From Mobula hypostoma (taxonomy: Eukaryota), in the NCBI RefSeq assembly GCF_963921235.1, contig NC_086108.1, positions 92,754,001 through 92,818,000 of the forward strand: a stretch of 64,000 nucleotides of DNA, in the 5' to 3' direction. Below are positions 48,780 through 61,107 of this stretch, in pieces. Position numbers and translations under genes: made by a program. The notes beneath the pieces are model-generated. The model saw nothing but the letters and a program-made list of their open reading frames with translations, searched no databases and was not told where the DNA came from. Positions within the stretch are counted from its first letter, which is position 1. Every line of letters begins with the position of its first letter.

Positions 48780-50420
48780 AACTGTCATCAATCTGGGAAC
48801 TGGATCCAAACATGGCAAAGGCACATCTAGCCCAGTCTAAATTATAAAATCCTCCTCAGAAGCATCTAGGCACTGGTGCTTAAACTGACTTGATACTGTC
48901 ATCCTCACAGAACTATTGTAGGCCTGAAGAAATTGAAAACCTGCAGAACAGCCAGCTGGAATAACTTTAGGTCAGTGACAAATAGACAAAACAAATGCCT
49001 TAGCTCTTACCAGGAGACAGAAGGAGTGGAGGCTGCTGTTATTTGAATTAACTCTTTCTGGAACGCAGTAATCAAAAGTGGACATAACGAAGGCTCATAG
49101 AGGACCACGGACCATTTTGCAGATTGATTTTGTGGAACCTTTACCCTTAACTCCCAGTGGATTGCAATATACCTTGGTGATAATGGATACTTTTACCAAG
49201 TCGATTAGGACATTCCCGATGAAATTTAAGGTTACAGCCTGAATTTTATTTGAGGAACCCTATTGTGTTATAGAATATCATATGGGATGAAAAAAAAACA
49301 GCAGATGTGCCATCTAAACCCAGGGAATTGAAGATAATGATCAGCAAGATCCCTTTACATCTTGGAGATTTGTAGTGCCACTTGACATTATTGACAGAGT
49401 CAGTCCATCAGTATATCGAACCCAGGTTGCTCCTGACAAGTTGGGTTGGCATCATATTAACCAACTTAAATGCTTTGGAAAAAGTCGATGTCCTTTTGTG
49501 GCTGAGGTTCGCAGAAAACATTGTCAAAGGGATGGTCTGGATTGGGATGATGATATTCTTAGTTCTGTTTTTCAGTTAATTGTTAGTGATGTGGACACAT
49601 GAGTACGTGCCTCCATAGAAAAAGGGGTAGCTACCTGGAGGTTAAAAAGGAAAAGGTTAAAGCAGATTTAGAGACAATGGGAAAGACAGGAAGATGGGAA
49701 CTGTGTTCCTTGCCAGATCTTCTGGGAAGAAAGTGGGAGATTGAAAAGTTACATGTGGGAAATACATCAGTTATCAGATCTTAGTTAAGTGCAGAAACTG
49801 CACTTGGTGTTCATTTCTAGGTATTCAAAAATGATCGGTGTTGTAATACTGTTGTTGACCTGTTAAAGATTCTCCAATATTATTGATTGACTATGACAGT
49901 CTACTACTGGCCAATTGAATATTCACCCGGACAAATGCAAAGAATTAAGTTAGGGTGGTTACAGATGAACTATTCACAACATTCACAAGAGAATCTATTT
50001 GGATCCCATCAGATGTCATGGTAATAAAAGACTGAATGAAGAAGATCAAATGGCTATGTGAATTTCTGAACAAGCTAAACAAAATTTTGCAAGATGTTTG
50101 AGGATAATCATGACCAGCTTACAGTAATATGGGTAAAGGATGGTACTGTTGGGGTAGTGATAGGAAGTCACACTTTTACAGGTCCTGCTTCAGACAGCAA
50201 AGGGCTTCTCACTCAAACACAGCTTCACTGTGAATGGAATGCTGCCGTGAATATGAATCAAAAAGAAGACAATCAATTAGCATGTGATCCAGTTAGCATT
50301 AACGGCATTCCAGTTACTTTGCTGCCTGAGAATTTACCCTTACCCCTAATCCAACAAATGAAACCACAACCGTGACAGTACCAGTTGTTACTAGCCCTTG
50401 TTGTGTGATGAGGTCCGTAA
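48780..50420 (+). pseudogene. Decayed retrovirus-like/LTR-element internal region: integrase core and C-terminal domain, possible env
   Basis: 49102-49260 reads GPRTILQIDFVEPLPLTPSGLQYTLVIMDTFTKSIRTFPMKFKVTA*ILFEE. 49378-49485 reads PLDIIDRVSPSVYRTQVAPDKLGWHHINQLKCFGKS. Confidence 0.75.
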
Positions 50421-51810
50421 AGTTAAAACATGATTACCCAAACTGTTGTGAAATAACCCATTTCCCTCAATGTGCAACATACTTTCCTAAGTGTCTTGCA
50501 ATGGCAACTTAAAATCTTAGATGCTTGTGTGCCAAGTGCCACTGCAATTTTTTCCATAATGATTATATATTATCATGCAAGTTAATCTACCTTTTATTAA
50601 TAAAAATCTTATTATTATTACATATACTGACATAAAATATAAAATTATGTATATTTTATAACTTTATAATTTTCCTTCCATTTTTGTAACCATTTTGATT
50701 TAATGCTGTTTGTTGCAACAGTAATTGCATATTGCTGTGAACAATAAACTTTTCACTGTGTGGATGAATACAATTGCTTTCAACCCTGTTTCATTAATAA
50801 TGACTAAAACGGAACCTTCCAAAATTCACATTGTATTAACTAATCTACACTGTCAGTTAGACAGTAGACTAATCTACATCTGCCATTTCAAATAGAATTT
50901 CTTTCCATGTCATATTAATAATACTTTTTAAATAATTATTATACCAGCATTAGTGAGTGTTCTGAAGTCTGATGCTCCTTTTGGACTTTATTTACCCTAA
51001 CCTATTTCAATTCATGTGATCTCCAAAATTTCTGTGGATTAGATCCCGAAGAAACTGAAAATCTGTGTACGAGCTAGCTAAAACAAGTGAAGCACAGTGG
51101 ACAAGTAGACAAAACAAATGAGTTAGGTCTTGCCAGGTGGTGGAAGAAATGGAAACTAGTGTTTTCCAAATTTACTCTTTCTGAATCAAAGTAATTAAAA
51201 GTGGACGTAACAAGGTCGCTACTGATAATCTGCTAATCATAGATTATTTCTAAATGAGAAGTTGTTTGTGGGATGCTCTTTGATAAGGCAGAAGAATTAT
51301 AAGAAGGGTCGTCGCTCTGTCTGTGTATTGGAGTGGCCTGAGCTATGGAGATATAAAGCAATTAGGAGAGAAAAGATGAAATATTAAGATAAGCTATCTA
51401 ATAAACTAAAAGAGGATTCAAAAAGCTTTTTCAGATATATAAAGAATAAAAGAAAAGAGAGTCGATACCGTTGGAAAATGACACTAGAAGGGCAGTAATT
51501 GGGACAAAGATATGGCTGACGAATTGAATAAGTCCTTTGTGTCAGTCTTCACTGATGAAGACTGAAGACAGTATGCCAGGGGACAGAAGTCAGTGTAATT
51601 GCTGTTACTAAGCAGAAGGTTCTTGGGAAGCTGAAAAGGCTGAAGGTAGCTAAGTCACCAGATGGACTACACTCCAAGATTCTGTAAGAGGTAGCTGAAA
51701 AGATTGTGGAGGCATTTTCCATAAGACCATAAGACAAAGGAGCAGAAGTCAGCCATTTGGCCCATCGAGTCTGCTCCACCATTTTATCATGAGCTGATCC
51801 ATTCTCCCAT

Positions 51811-54684
51811 TTAGTCCCACTCCCCTGCCTTCTCACCATAACCTTTGATGCCCTGGCTACTCAGATACCTATCAATCTCTGCCTTAAATACACCCAATGA
51901 CTTGGCCTCCACAGCCGCCCGTGGCAACAAATTCCATAGATTCACCACCCTATGGCTAAAAAAATTTCTTCGCATTTCTGTTCTGAATGGGCGTCCTTCA
52001 ATCCTTAAGTCATGCCCTCTCGTACTAGACTCCCCCAGCATGGGAAACAACTTTGCCACATCCACTCTGTCCATGCCTTTCAACATTCAAAATGTTTCTA
52101 TGAGGTCCCCCCTCATTCTCCTAAACTCAAGGACTAGAGTCCAAGAGGGGACAAACATTCCTCATATGTTAACCCTCTCATTCTCGGAATAATTCTAGTG
52201 AATCTTCTCTGTACCTTCTCCAACGTCAGAACATCCTTTCTTAAATAAGGATACCAAAACTGCCCACAGTACTCCAAGTGAGGTCTCACCAGCGCATAAC
52301 ACAGCCTCAACATCACATCCCTGCTCCTATACTCTATTCCTCTAGAAATGAATGCCAACATTGCATTTGCCTTCTTCGCCACCGACTCAGCCTGGAGGTT
52401 AACTTTAAGGGTATCCTGTATGAGGACTCCCAAGTCCCATTGCATCTCAGAACTTTGAATTCTCTCCCCATTTAAATAATAGTCTGCCCGTTTATTTCTT
52501 CTGCCAAAGTGCATAACCATACACTTTCCAAGATTGTATTTCATTTGCCACTTCTTTGCCCATTCTTCCAATCTATCCAAGTCTCTCTGCAGACTCTCTG
52601 TTTCCTCAGCACTACCGGCCCCTCCACCTATCTTCATATCATCAGCAAACCTAGCCACAAAGCCATCTATTCTATAATCCAAATTGTTGATGTACAACGT
52701 AAAAAGAAGTGGCCCCAACACGGACCCAAGTGGAACACCACTGGTAACCGGCAGCCAACCAGAATAGGATCCCTTTATTCCCACTCTCTGTTTCCTGCCA
52801 ATCATCCAATGCTCTATCCATGTACATAACTTTCCCATAATTCCATGGGCTCTTATCTTGTTAAGTAGCCTCATGTGTGGCACCTTGTCAAAGGCCTTCT
52901 GAAAATCTAAATATACAACATCCACTGCGTCTCCTTTGTCTAGCCTACTTGTAATTTCCTCAAAAAATTGTAATAGGTTTGTCAGGCAGGATTTTCCTTT
53001 AAGGAAACCATGCTGAGTCCCGCCTATCTTGTCATATACTTCCAGGTACTCCATAACCTCATCCTTGACAATCGACTCCAACAACTTCCCAACCACTGAT
53101 GTCAAGCTAACAGGTCTATAATTTCCTTTTTGCTTCCTTGCTGCCTTCTTAAATAGCAGAGTGACATTTGCAATCTACTAGTCCTCCGGAATCATGCCAG
53201 AATCTATTGACTTTTGAAAGATCATCGCTAATGCCTCTGCAATCTCCACAGCTACTTCCTTCAGAACATGAGGGTGCATTCCATCTGGTCCAGGAGATTT
53301 ATCTACCTTTAGACTATTCAGCTTCCTGAGTACTTTCTCTGTTGTAATTGTGACTGCACGCACTTCTCTTCCTTGCCAACTTTGAGTGTCCGGTATACTG
53401 CTGATGTCTTCCTCAGTGAAGACTGATGCAAGATACTCGTTCAGATCCTCCACCATCTCCTTATCTCCCATTACAATTTCTCCAGCATCATTTTCTATCG
53501 GTCCTATATCTACTCTCACCTGTCTTTTACTCTTTATATACTTGAAAAAGCTTTTAGTATCCTCTTTGATATTATTTGCTAGCTTCCTTTCATAGTTAAT
53601 CTTTTCCAACTTAATGACCTTCTTAGTTTCCTTTCGTAAGCATTTAAAATCTTCCCAATCCTCTGTCTTCCCAATAATTTTTGCTTCCTTGTATGCCCTC
53701 TCTTTTGCTTTAACTTTGGCTTTGACTTCTCTTGTCAACCATGGTTGCATCCTTTCTCCGTTCGAAAATTTCTTCTTTTTTGGAATATATCTGTCTTGCA
53801 CCTTCCTCACTTATCGCATAAAACTCCAGCCACTGTTGCTCTGCCGTCCTTCCCACCAGTGTCCCTTTCCAGTCAATTTTGGCCAGTTCCTCTCTCATGC
53901 CACTGTAATTTCCTTTACTCCACTGAAATACCAACACATCAGATTTCAGCTTCTCTTTTTCAGATTTCACAGTGAACTCAATCATGTTATGATCACTGCC
54001 TCCTAAGCGTTCCTTCACCTCAATCTCTCTAATTACCTCCGGTTCATTACACAATACCCAATCCAGCACAGCCGATCCCCTAGTGGGCTCAACAACAAGC
54101 TGTTCTAAAAAGCCATCTCACAGACATTCCACAAATTCTCTCTCTTGAGATCCAGTGCCGACCTGATTTTCCCAATCCACTCGCATGTTAAAATCTCCCA
54201 CAATTATCATAACACTGCCCTTCTGACAAGCCTTTTCTATTTCCTGTTATAATTTGTAGTCCGCATCACTGCAGCTGTTTGGAGGCCTGTATATAACTGC
54301 CATCAGGGTCCTTTTACCCCTGCGATTTCTTAGCTCAACCCATAAAGATTCTGCACCTTCCGATCCTATGTCATCTCTTTCTAATGATTTGATATCATTT
54401 CTTACCAATAAAGCCACGCCACCCCCTCTGCCTACCTTCCTATCCTTCCGATACACCGTGTATCCTTGGACGTTCAGCTCCCAGAGACATGCATCCTTTA
54501 GCCACGTCTCAGTGATGGCCACAATATCATACCTGCCAATCTGTAGCTGTATGACAAGATCATCCACCTTATTCCTTATGCTGCGTGCATTTAAGTACAA
54601 CACCTTAAGACCAGTATTTGGTACCTTTCGCTTTGATTGCACTGCAACTTTATTGCACTGCAACTTTATTGCACTACAACTCAT
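51811..54684 (-). pseudogene. CR1 ORF2 (APE endonuclease plus RT), fragmented
   Basis: YLNARSIRNK, ITETWL, YRPPNS, SDHNMI, YLDFQKAFDKVPH and RFADD across several ORF pieces. Confidence 0.93.
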
Positions 54685-54811
54685 CCCAATGGCTACAAAT
54701 TTGCCCCATCACCTGCCTGTCTTTCCTGACATCTTTACTGCTCACTATTTTAGATTTATTTGTTTTCCCCTTCCTCTGCTCTATCATTCCGGTTCCCATT
54801 CCCCTTCCAAA

Positions 54812-55747
54812 TTAGTTTAAACCCTCCCTAACAGCTCTATTAAACCTTCCCGCCAGGATACTGGTCCCCTTCGGGTTCAGGTGTAAGCTGTCCATTTTGA
54901 ACAGGTCATACTTCCCCCAGAAGAGATCCCAGTGATCCAAGAATCTGAAGCCCTGCTCCCTGCACCAGTCTCTCAGCCACGCATTCATCTGCCTGATCCT
55001 ATTATTCTTGCCCTCACTAGCACGTGGCACAGGTAGCAATCCCGAGGTTACTACCCTGGAGGTCCTGCTTCTCAGCTTCCTTCCTAACTCCCGGAAATCT
55101 CTCTTCAGGACCTCCTCCCTTCTCCTATCTATGTCATTGGTACCAACGTATACCAAGACAACTGGCTGCTCGCCCTCTACCTTCAGAATATTCTGGACCC
55201 GATCCAGGACATCCTGTACCCTGGCACCTGGGAGGCAATACACCATGCGGGTATCTCTGTCAGGCTCACAGAATCTCCTGTCTGTTCCCCTGACTATGGA
55301 ATCCCCTATGACTACCGCATTCCTCTTCTCCCTCCTTCCTTCCTGCGCAACAGCGCCAGGCTCAGTGCCAGGGACCCGGTCACCGTGGGCGTCCCCTGTC
55401 AGGTCATCCCCCTCAACAGCATCTAGAACAAGTTATTTGTTGCTGAGGGTGACAGCCACAGAGGTGCTCTCCACTATCCGGGCATTTTCCTTCCCTCTCC
55501 TGACAGTCACATAGTTTTCTGACCCCTGTAGCCTAGGGATGACTACCTCCCTGTAGCTCCTGTCTATCACCTCTTCACTTTCGCTGATAAGCAGTAGGTC
55601 ATCAAGCTGCAGCTCCAGATCCCTAACACGGTCTCTGAGGAGCTGTAACTTGGTGCACCTGGCACAGATGTGGCCATCAGGGAGGCTGGAGGTCTCTCAG
55701 GATTCCCACATCTGACACCCTGAACAAAGCACTAACCCTGCAGGCAT
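54812..55747 (-). pseudogene. CR1 ORF1: Cys motif/leucine zipper plus SGNH (GDSL) esterase domain, with nonsense mutations
   Basis: MPAGLVLCSGCQMW...HICTRC; VIGDS (GDS at 55298-55306); VGTND; DSLHLN. In-frame TGA and TAA lie upstream of the tracked ORF. Confidence 0.88.
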
Positions 55748-56772
55748 GCTATCTAATTCTACAGGAATGAAACAGGAAAAATAAGTCTACTTACCCACTT
55801 ACGTCAGTGCTGCATCTCAGTGCACCTGGCGCAGATGTGGCCATCAGGGAGGCTGGAGGTCTCCCAGGATTCCCACATCTGACACCCTGAACAAAGCACT
55901 AACCCTGCAGGCATGCTATCTAATTCTACAGGAATGAAACAGGAAAAATAAGTCTACTCACCCACTTACCTTGCCAAACAGACCAACTTTTTAAACTGTT
56001 AGCTCGTACCGTTAGCTGTGTTAGCCCTGCTGTTCCTGTCTGTCTGGGCTGATTCGCCAAGGGGGAAAAAAAAAGAGTTGGTGCTTCGCTCTCGCCTCTT
56101 CCCGTTACCGATGAAGCCCGGTTGAAGCCAAAGCCCTACACTCTGCTACCACTCACTCTGCTGCCCGCTGTATAGGGTGGTCTCCTTTTTAAACTTTCCG
56201 CGCTGTCCTGTCTACGTCACGCGCCTGTGCAGTCTCATCCTTCCTGCACTTGAAGTTTTTTTAAAAAACTGCCTTCCTTCAGAATTCAGCTCCCATGTCG
56301 CTCTGTTTGTTACGATCCAAAAAAAATTTTCAGTGATCTTTCAAGAATCACTAGGTTCTGGAGTGGTTCCTGATGACTGGAAAACTGTAAATTTCGCTCC
56401 ACTCTTTAAGAAGGGAGGGAGGTAGAAGAAAGGAAATATAGGCCAGTTAGCCTGACTTCAGTGGTTGGAAAGATGTTAGAGTCTATTATTATGGCCAACG
56501 TCAGCATGGTTTTGTTAAGGGGAGACCTTGGATGACAAATCTTTTGGAATTCTTTGAGGAAATAACAGGCAGAGTAGTCAAAAGAAAGTCAGTGAATGTT
56601 GTTTACTTGGGCTTTCAGAAGCTCTTTGACAAGGTGCCACACATGAGGCAGTTTAACATGATAAGACCTCATGGTATTACAGAAATAATACCAGCACGGA
56701 TAGAAGGTTAGCTGACTGGCAGTGGGCAAAGCGTGGGAATAAAAGAGCCTTTTCTGGTTGGCTGCCGATGAC

Positions 56773-57397
56773 ATAGAAACATAGAAACATAGAAAATAGG
56801 TGCAGGAGTAGGCCATTTGGCCCTTCGAGCCTGCACCGCCATTTATTATGATCATGGCTGATCATCCAACTCAGAACCCCGCCCCAGCCTTCCCTCCATA
56901 CCCCCTGACCCCCGTAGCCACAAGGGCCATATCTAACTCCCTCTTAAATATAGCCAATGAACTGGCCTCAACAGTTTCCTGTGGCAGAGAATTCCACAGA
57001 TTCACCACTCTCTGTGTGAAGAAGTTTTTCCTAATCTCGGTCCTAAAAGGCTTCCCCTCTATCCTCAAACTGTGACCCCTCGTTCTGGACTTCCCCAACA
57101 TCGGGAACAATCTTCCTGCATCTAGCCTGTCCAATCCCTTTAGGATCTTATACGTTTCAATCAGATCCCCCCTCAATCTTCTAAATTCCAACGAGTACAA
57201 GCCCAGTTCATCCAGTCTTTCTTCATATGAAAGTCCTGCCATCCCAGGAATCAATCTGGTGAACCTTCTTTGTACTCCCTCTATGGCAAAGATGTCTTTC
57301 CTCAGATTAGGGGACCAAAACTGCACACAATACTCCAGGTGTGGTCTCACCAAGGCCTTGTACAACTGCAGTAGTACCTCTCTGCTCCTGTACTCGA
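56773..57397 (-). mobile_element. Young 5'-truncated CR1
   Basis: Nearly identical to 61108-61728. (TTTCTATG)n tail. TSD atgac at 56768-56772 and 57398-57402. Confidence 0.92.
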
Positions 57398-57934
57398 ATG
57401 ACTAATTCCATGGTGGTATTCCATGCGGTCAGTGTTGGAGCCATTATATATCAATGATTTGGATGATGAATGGCTTTATGGTCAAGTTTACAGATGATAC
57501 AAAGACAGGAGGAGGAGCAGGTAGCCTCGAGGAAGCAGGGAATCTACAGAGTTTTAGACAGATCAGTAGAACGGGCAAAAAATTGGCAGATGGAATATAG
57601 TGTAGGGAAGCGTACGGTCATGCACTTTGGTAGAACAAATAAAGGTGTAAAAGGGGAGAAAATTCAAAAAATCCAAGGCGCAAGGGGACTGGGGAGTCCT
57701 TGCGCAGGACTCACTAAAGGTTAACCTGCAGGATGAGTTGATGGTAAGGAGGGCAAATGTAATGTTAGTATTCACTTAGAGAAAACTAGGATATAAAAGC
57801 AAGGATGTAATACGGAGGCTTTATAAGACATTGGTCAGACTGCACTTGGAGCAGTTTTCAGCACCCTATCTGAGAAAGAATATGCTGGCATTGGTGAGGA
57901 TCCAGAGGGGTTCACTAGAAGAAGGAGTTCAGAC

Positions 57935-59165
57935 AGATGTAGCATGGATTCAGCAAAGGCAGGTCCTGTTTGACAAGCTCACTGAAGTTCTTTGAGGATA
58001 TAACGAGCGCAGTGGATAGAGAGGAACAGATGGACATTATTTACTTGGATTTCATGAAGGTGTTTGATAAGGTGCCGCATAAAAGACTTATCCATAAAAT
58101 AAGGATGCATAGAGTTGGGAGTGATGTATTAACATGGATAGAGGATTGGTTAACTAATAGAAAACAGAGAGTTGGGATACATGGGTGTTACTCTGGTTAG
58201 CATCAGTGGTGAGTGGTGTGCCATAGGGGTTGGTGCTGGGCCCACAACTGTTCATGATATACATTAACGATCTGGAAGAGGGGATCAATTTTAGTGTATC
58301 TAAGTATGTTGATGACACTAAATTGAGTGGAAAAGCAAATTGTGCAGAAGATATGGAGAGTCTGCCTAGAGATGTAGATAGGTCAAGTGAGTGGGCAAGG
58401 GTTTGGTAGATGGAGTACAATGTCGGTAAATGCTAGGTCACTCACTTAGGAAGGAAAAGTGGAAGATCAGATTATTATTTAAATGGTAAAAATTGCAGCA
58501 TGCTTCTGTGCAGAGGGACTTGGGAGTGTTTGTGCTAGAGGGATTGAATTTAAGAGCAGAAGGCTATGCTGCAACTGTACAGGGTACTGGTGAGGCTGCA
58601 CCTGGAGTACTGTGTGCAGTTCTGGTCTCTTATTTGAGGAAGGATATACTGGCTTTGGAGACGGTGCAGAGGAGGTTCACCAGGTTGATTCCAGAGATGA
58701 GGGGGTTAGACTACGAGGAGAGATTGAGTCACCTGGGACTGTACTCACTGGAATTCAGAGGAATGAGAGGAGATCTTATAGAAACATATAAAATTATGAA
58801 AGGGATAGATAAGATAGAGGCAGGAAAGTTGTTTCCACTGGTAGAACTAGGGAACATAGCCTCAAGATTCAGGGGAGTAGAATTAGGATGGAGATGAGGA
58901 GAAACTGCTTTTCCCAGAGCAGTGAATCTGTGGAATTCTCTCCCCCCCCCCCACCCCTCCAATGAAGCAGTGGAGGCTACCTCAGTAAATATAGTTAAGA
59001 CAAGATTGGATAGATTTGTGCAAAGTAGGAGAATTAAAGGTTATGGGGAAAAGTCAGCTAGGTGGAGATGAGTCACAATCAAATCAGCCATGATCCTATT
59101 GAATGGCGGAGCAGGCTTGGCAGGCCAGATGGCCTACTCCTGCTCCTATTTCTTATGTTCTAATG
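57935..59165 (+). mobile_element. CR1 RT-to-3' fragment nested in the host CR1
   Basis: YLDFMKVFDKVPH and YLRKDILALETVQRRFTRLIP motifs, plus 3' terminus. Confidence 0.85.
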
Positions 59166-59814
59166 TAGGGTCCCAGGAATGAAAGAGTTAATAAAAGTTT
59201 ATAAGAATGGGTGTAGAGAGGGTGTTTACTATAGTGGGAATTTCTTGGACCAGGGAACACAGCCCCAGAATAGGACAAGCATTAGTCTTTACTTTAGCCA
59301 GAGGCTGATGAATCTGTTAAATACTGTGACTGTGGAGGCCAAGTCACTGGGTATATTTAAAGTGGAAGCTGATAGATTCTTGATTTTTATGGGTGTCAAA
59401 GGTTATGGGAAGAAAACAGGAGGAGGCAGGGTTTCGAGGGATAATAAATTAGCCGTGATGGAATAGTAAAGCAGACTCAATGGGCCAAATGGCCTAAATC
59501 TGCTCTTCTGTCTTATGGTCTTGCAGTCTTATTGACGTCTTTCTTGTAGATGAGTGACCAGAACAGACATAATACCCCAGATTTGGCCTCACCAACATTT
59601 TATTCAACTTCAGCATAGCATCCCAACTCCTGTACCCAATGCCCTGAAGGCCAATGCGCCAAAAGCTCTCTCTGTTAAAAGTTCTGAAGTATTCTTTAAC
59701 ATTAACTCCATTCTCCATCTGCCACAGATGTCACCAGCTCTGCTGAGAACTCTATTTCTGAATTCCAGCACTTCTGGCGTTACTCACTACTTTTTCCCTC
59801 CCCCTCCTCATGAG

Positions 59815-60120
59815 GGCTGCACGGTTTTGTAGCAGAGAGTGCAACACGCTACAGAGCAAGTGCTGAGGGTTCAATTCCTGCTGCTGCTTGTGAGATTCTG
59901 TATGTTCTCTCCGTGACCACATGCGTTCCCTCTTGTTGCTCTGGTTTCTTCCCACATAAAGGTGTACAGTTTAGGATTAGTGTTGTGGGAATGCTTGGTG
60001 CCAGAAGTGTCGCGGTCCCAGCATAATTCTCAGTCTGTGTTGGTCATTGACAGAAAATGACCTATTTCACTGTATGTTTTGATGTACATGTGACAAATAA
60101 AACTAATCTTTAATCTTTAG
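59815..60120 (+). mobile_element. V-domain SINE
   Basis: B-box ggttcaattcc, V-domain and tail tgtgacaaataaaactaatctt. Confidence 0.8.
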
Positions 60121-60722
60121 ATCTTAATCCTCTGCTTTCATTCACCTTGTACATTTATATCTCCAGATGGATCAGCTGCGATTTACAAACCTTCACCACC
60201 GTCTCTCAGCAGGCACCACAGCCACTGGCAACATTCATCCCCTGCTGGTCTTTATCCATTTGCAGTATTCCCCAAGGTTCTCCTGACCCTCACCTCCCTC
60301 CCTCCCCCCTACAACTCACCTTATTTCTAACGTTTCCTCGTTCAGATCAAAGGTCATTGATTCGACTGTTGAGTACACTTCCCTCTCCACAGATGCTGCC
60401 TGACCTACCACCACTTTCAATTTTAGATTACTTGGGGAAAGTGGACTTCAACTGAGCTGAAAGCGTGGCACTAAGATTGCTACAATGAGACCATTTATTC
60501 CAGCTCTTAGAGCCAGACCACTCACCAATCCTCTGACACCAGACATCCCACCTTGCAAAAACTCATTTCAGGGAGGTAGCACCACCGACCCTACCCACTG
60601 CAACCCCATATCGCTCCCCCCGCACCCCGCCCCCCGGTCGACCTCCAAGGGTGTATGTGTGCAGGACATTTGATTATGAAAGAAAACAACAATTTATTTG
60701 ATCACATATTGAAACTATTTAC

Positions 60723-60741
60723 TATATATATATATATATAT
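60723..60741. repeat. (TA)n microsatellite
   Basis: About 9 TA units. Confidence 0.9.
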
Positions 60742-61107
60742 TCCTCGTTGAGTATTTTGTTGGCAGTCTCAATGCTAATAGCTAAATGCTAATGCAATTA
60801 GCTTTTCTATTTCCTTTGCAAACTTTCCTTGGACTGTGATGTGGCTTGCTTGGCAGATTTGAGCATTTTGCCGGAAGTCTCAACCTCACAGCAGTCTGTG
60901 TCAATGAATTTGTTAATTTTGCAAGACATCAGATTCACAAGATTCATAATTATATTATATTATCATGGAGTCGTTTTTTAATTCTATTACAACTTTAAGC
61001 AAGTCTACAGGGAGTCTGGACTCATCAAGTAGGATATCAGTAGAGTAGCTCCTTAGCAGCTAGCCAGCTAGTTTAAATAACGTTAGCTATGCTAATGAAC
61101 GAATGAC

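Larger units (their letters stand above)
51720..56325 (-). mobile_element. Full-length inactivated CR1 (~4.6 kb)
   Basis: 5' UTR, ORF1, ORF2 and a (TCTTATGG)n tail. TSD attttc at 51714-51719 and 56326-56331. Confidence 0.93.
51340..59525 (+). mobile_element. Old CR1 host, split by insertions at 51720-56325, 56773-57397 and ~57935-59165
   Basis: Consecutive RT segments resume across each insertion, e.g. gaggcattttc | agtgatctttcaagaatc. Confidence 0.8.

Noticed and set aside
54636..54681. 16-bp tandem repeat (attgcactgcaacttt, ~3 copies)
   Set aside because: Real, but a simple slippage duplication between CR1 ORF1 and ORF2 with no sign of function.
55008..55514. Long + strand ORFs opposite CR1/L1 ORFs (also 24892, 54368, 61888, 13095)
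   Set aside because: Antisense shadows of retroelement coding sequence.
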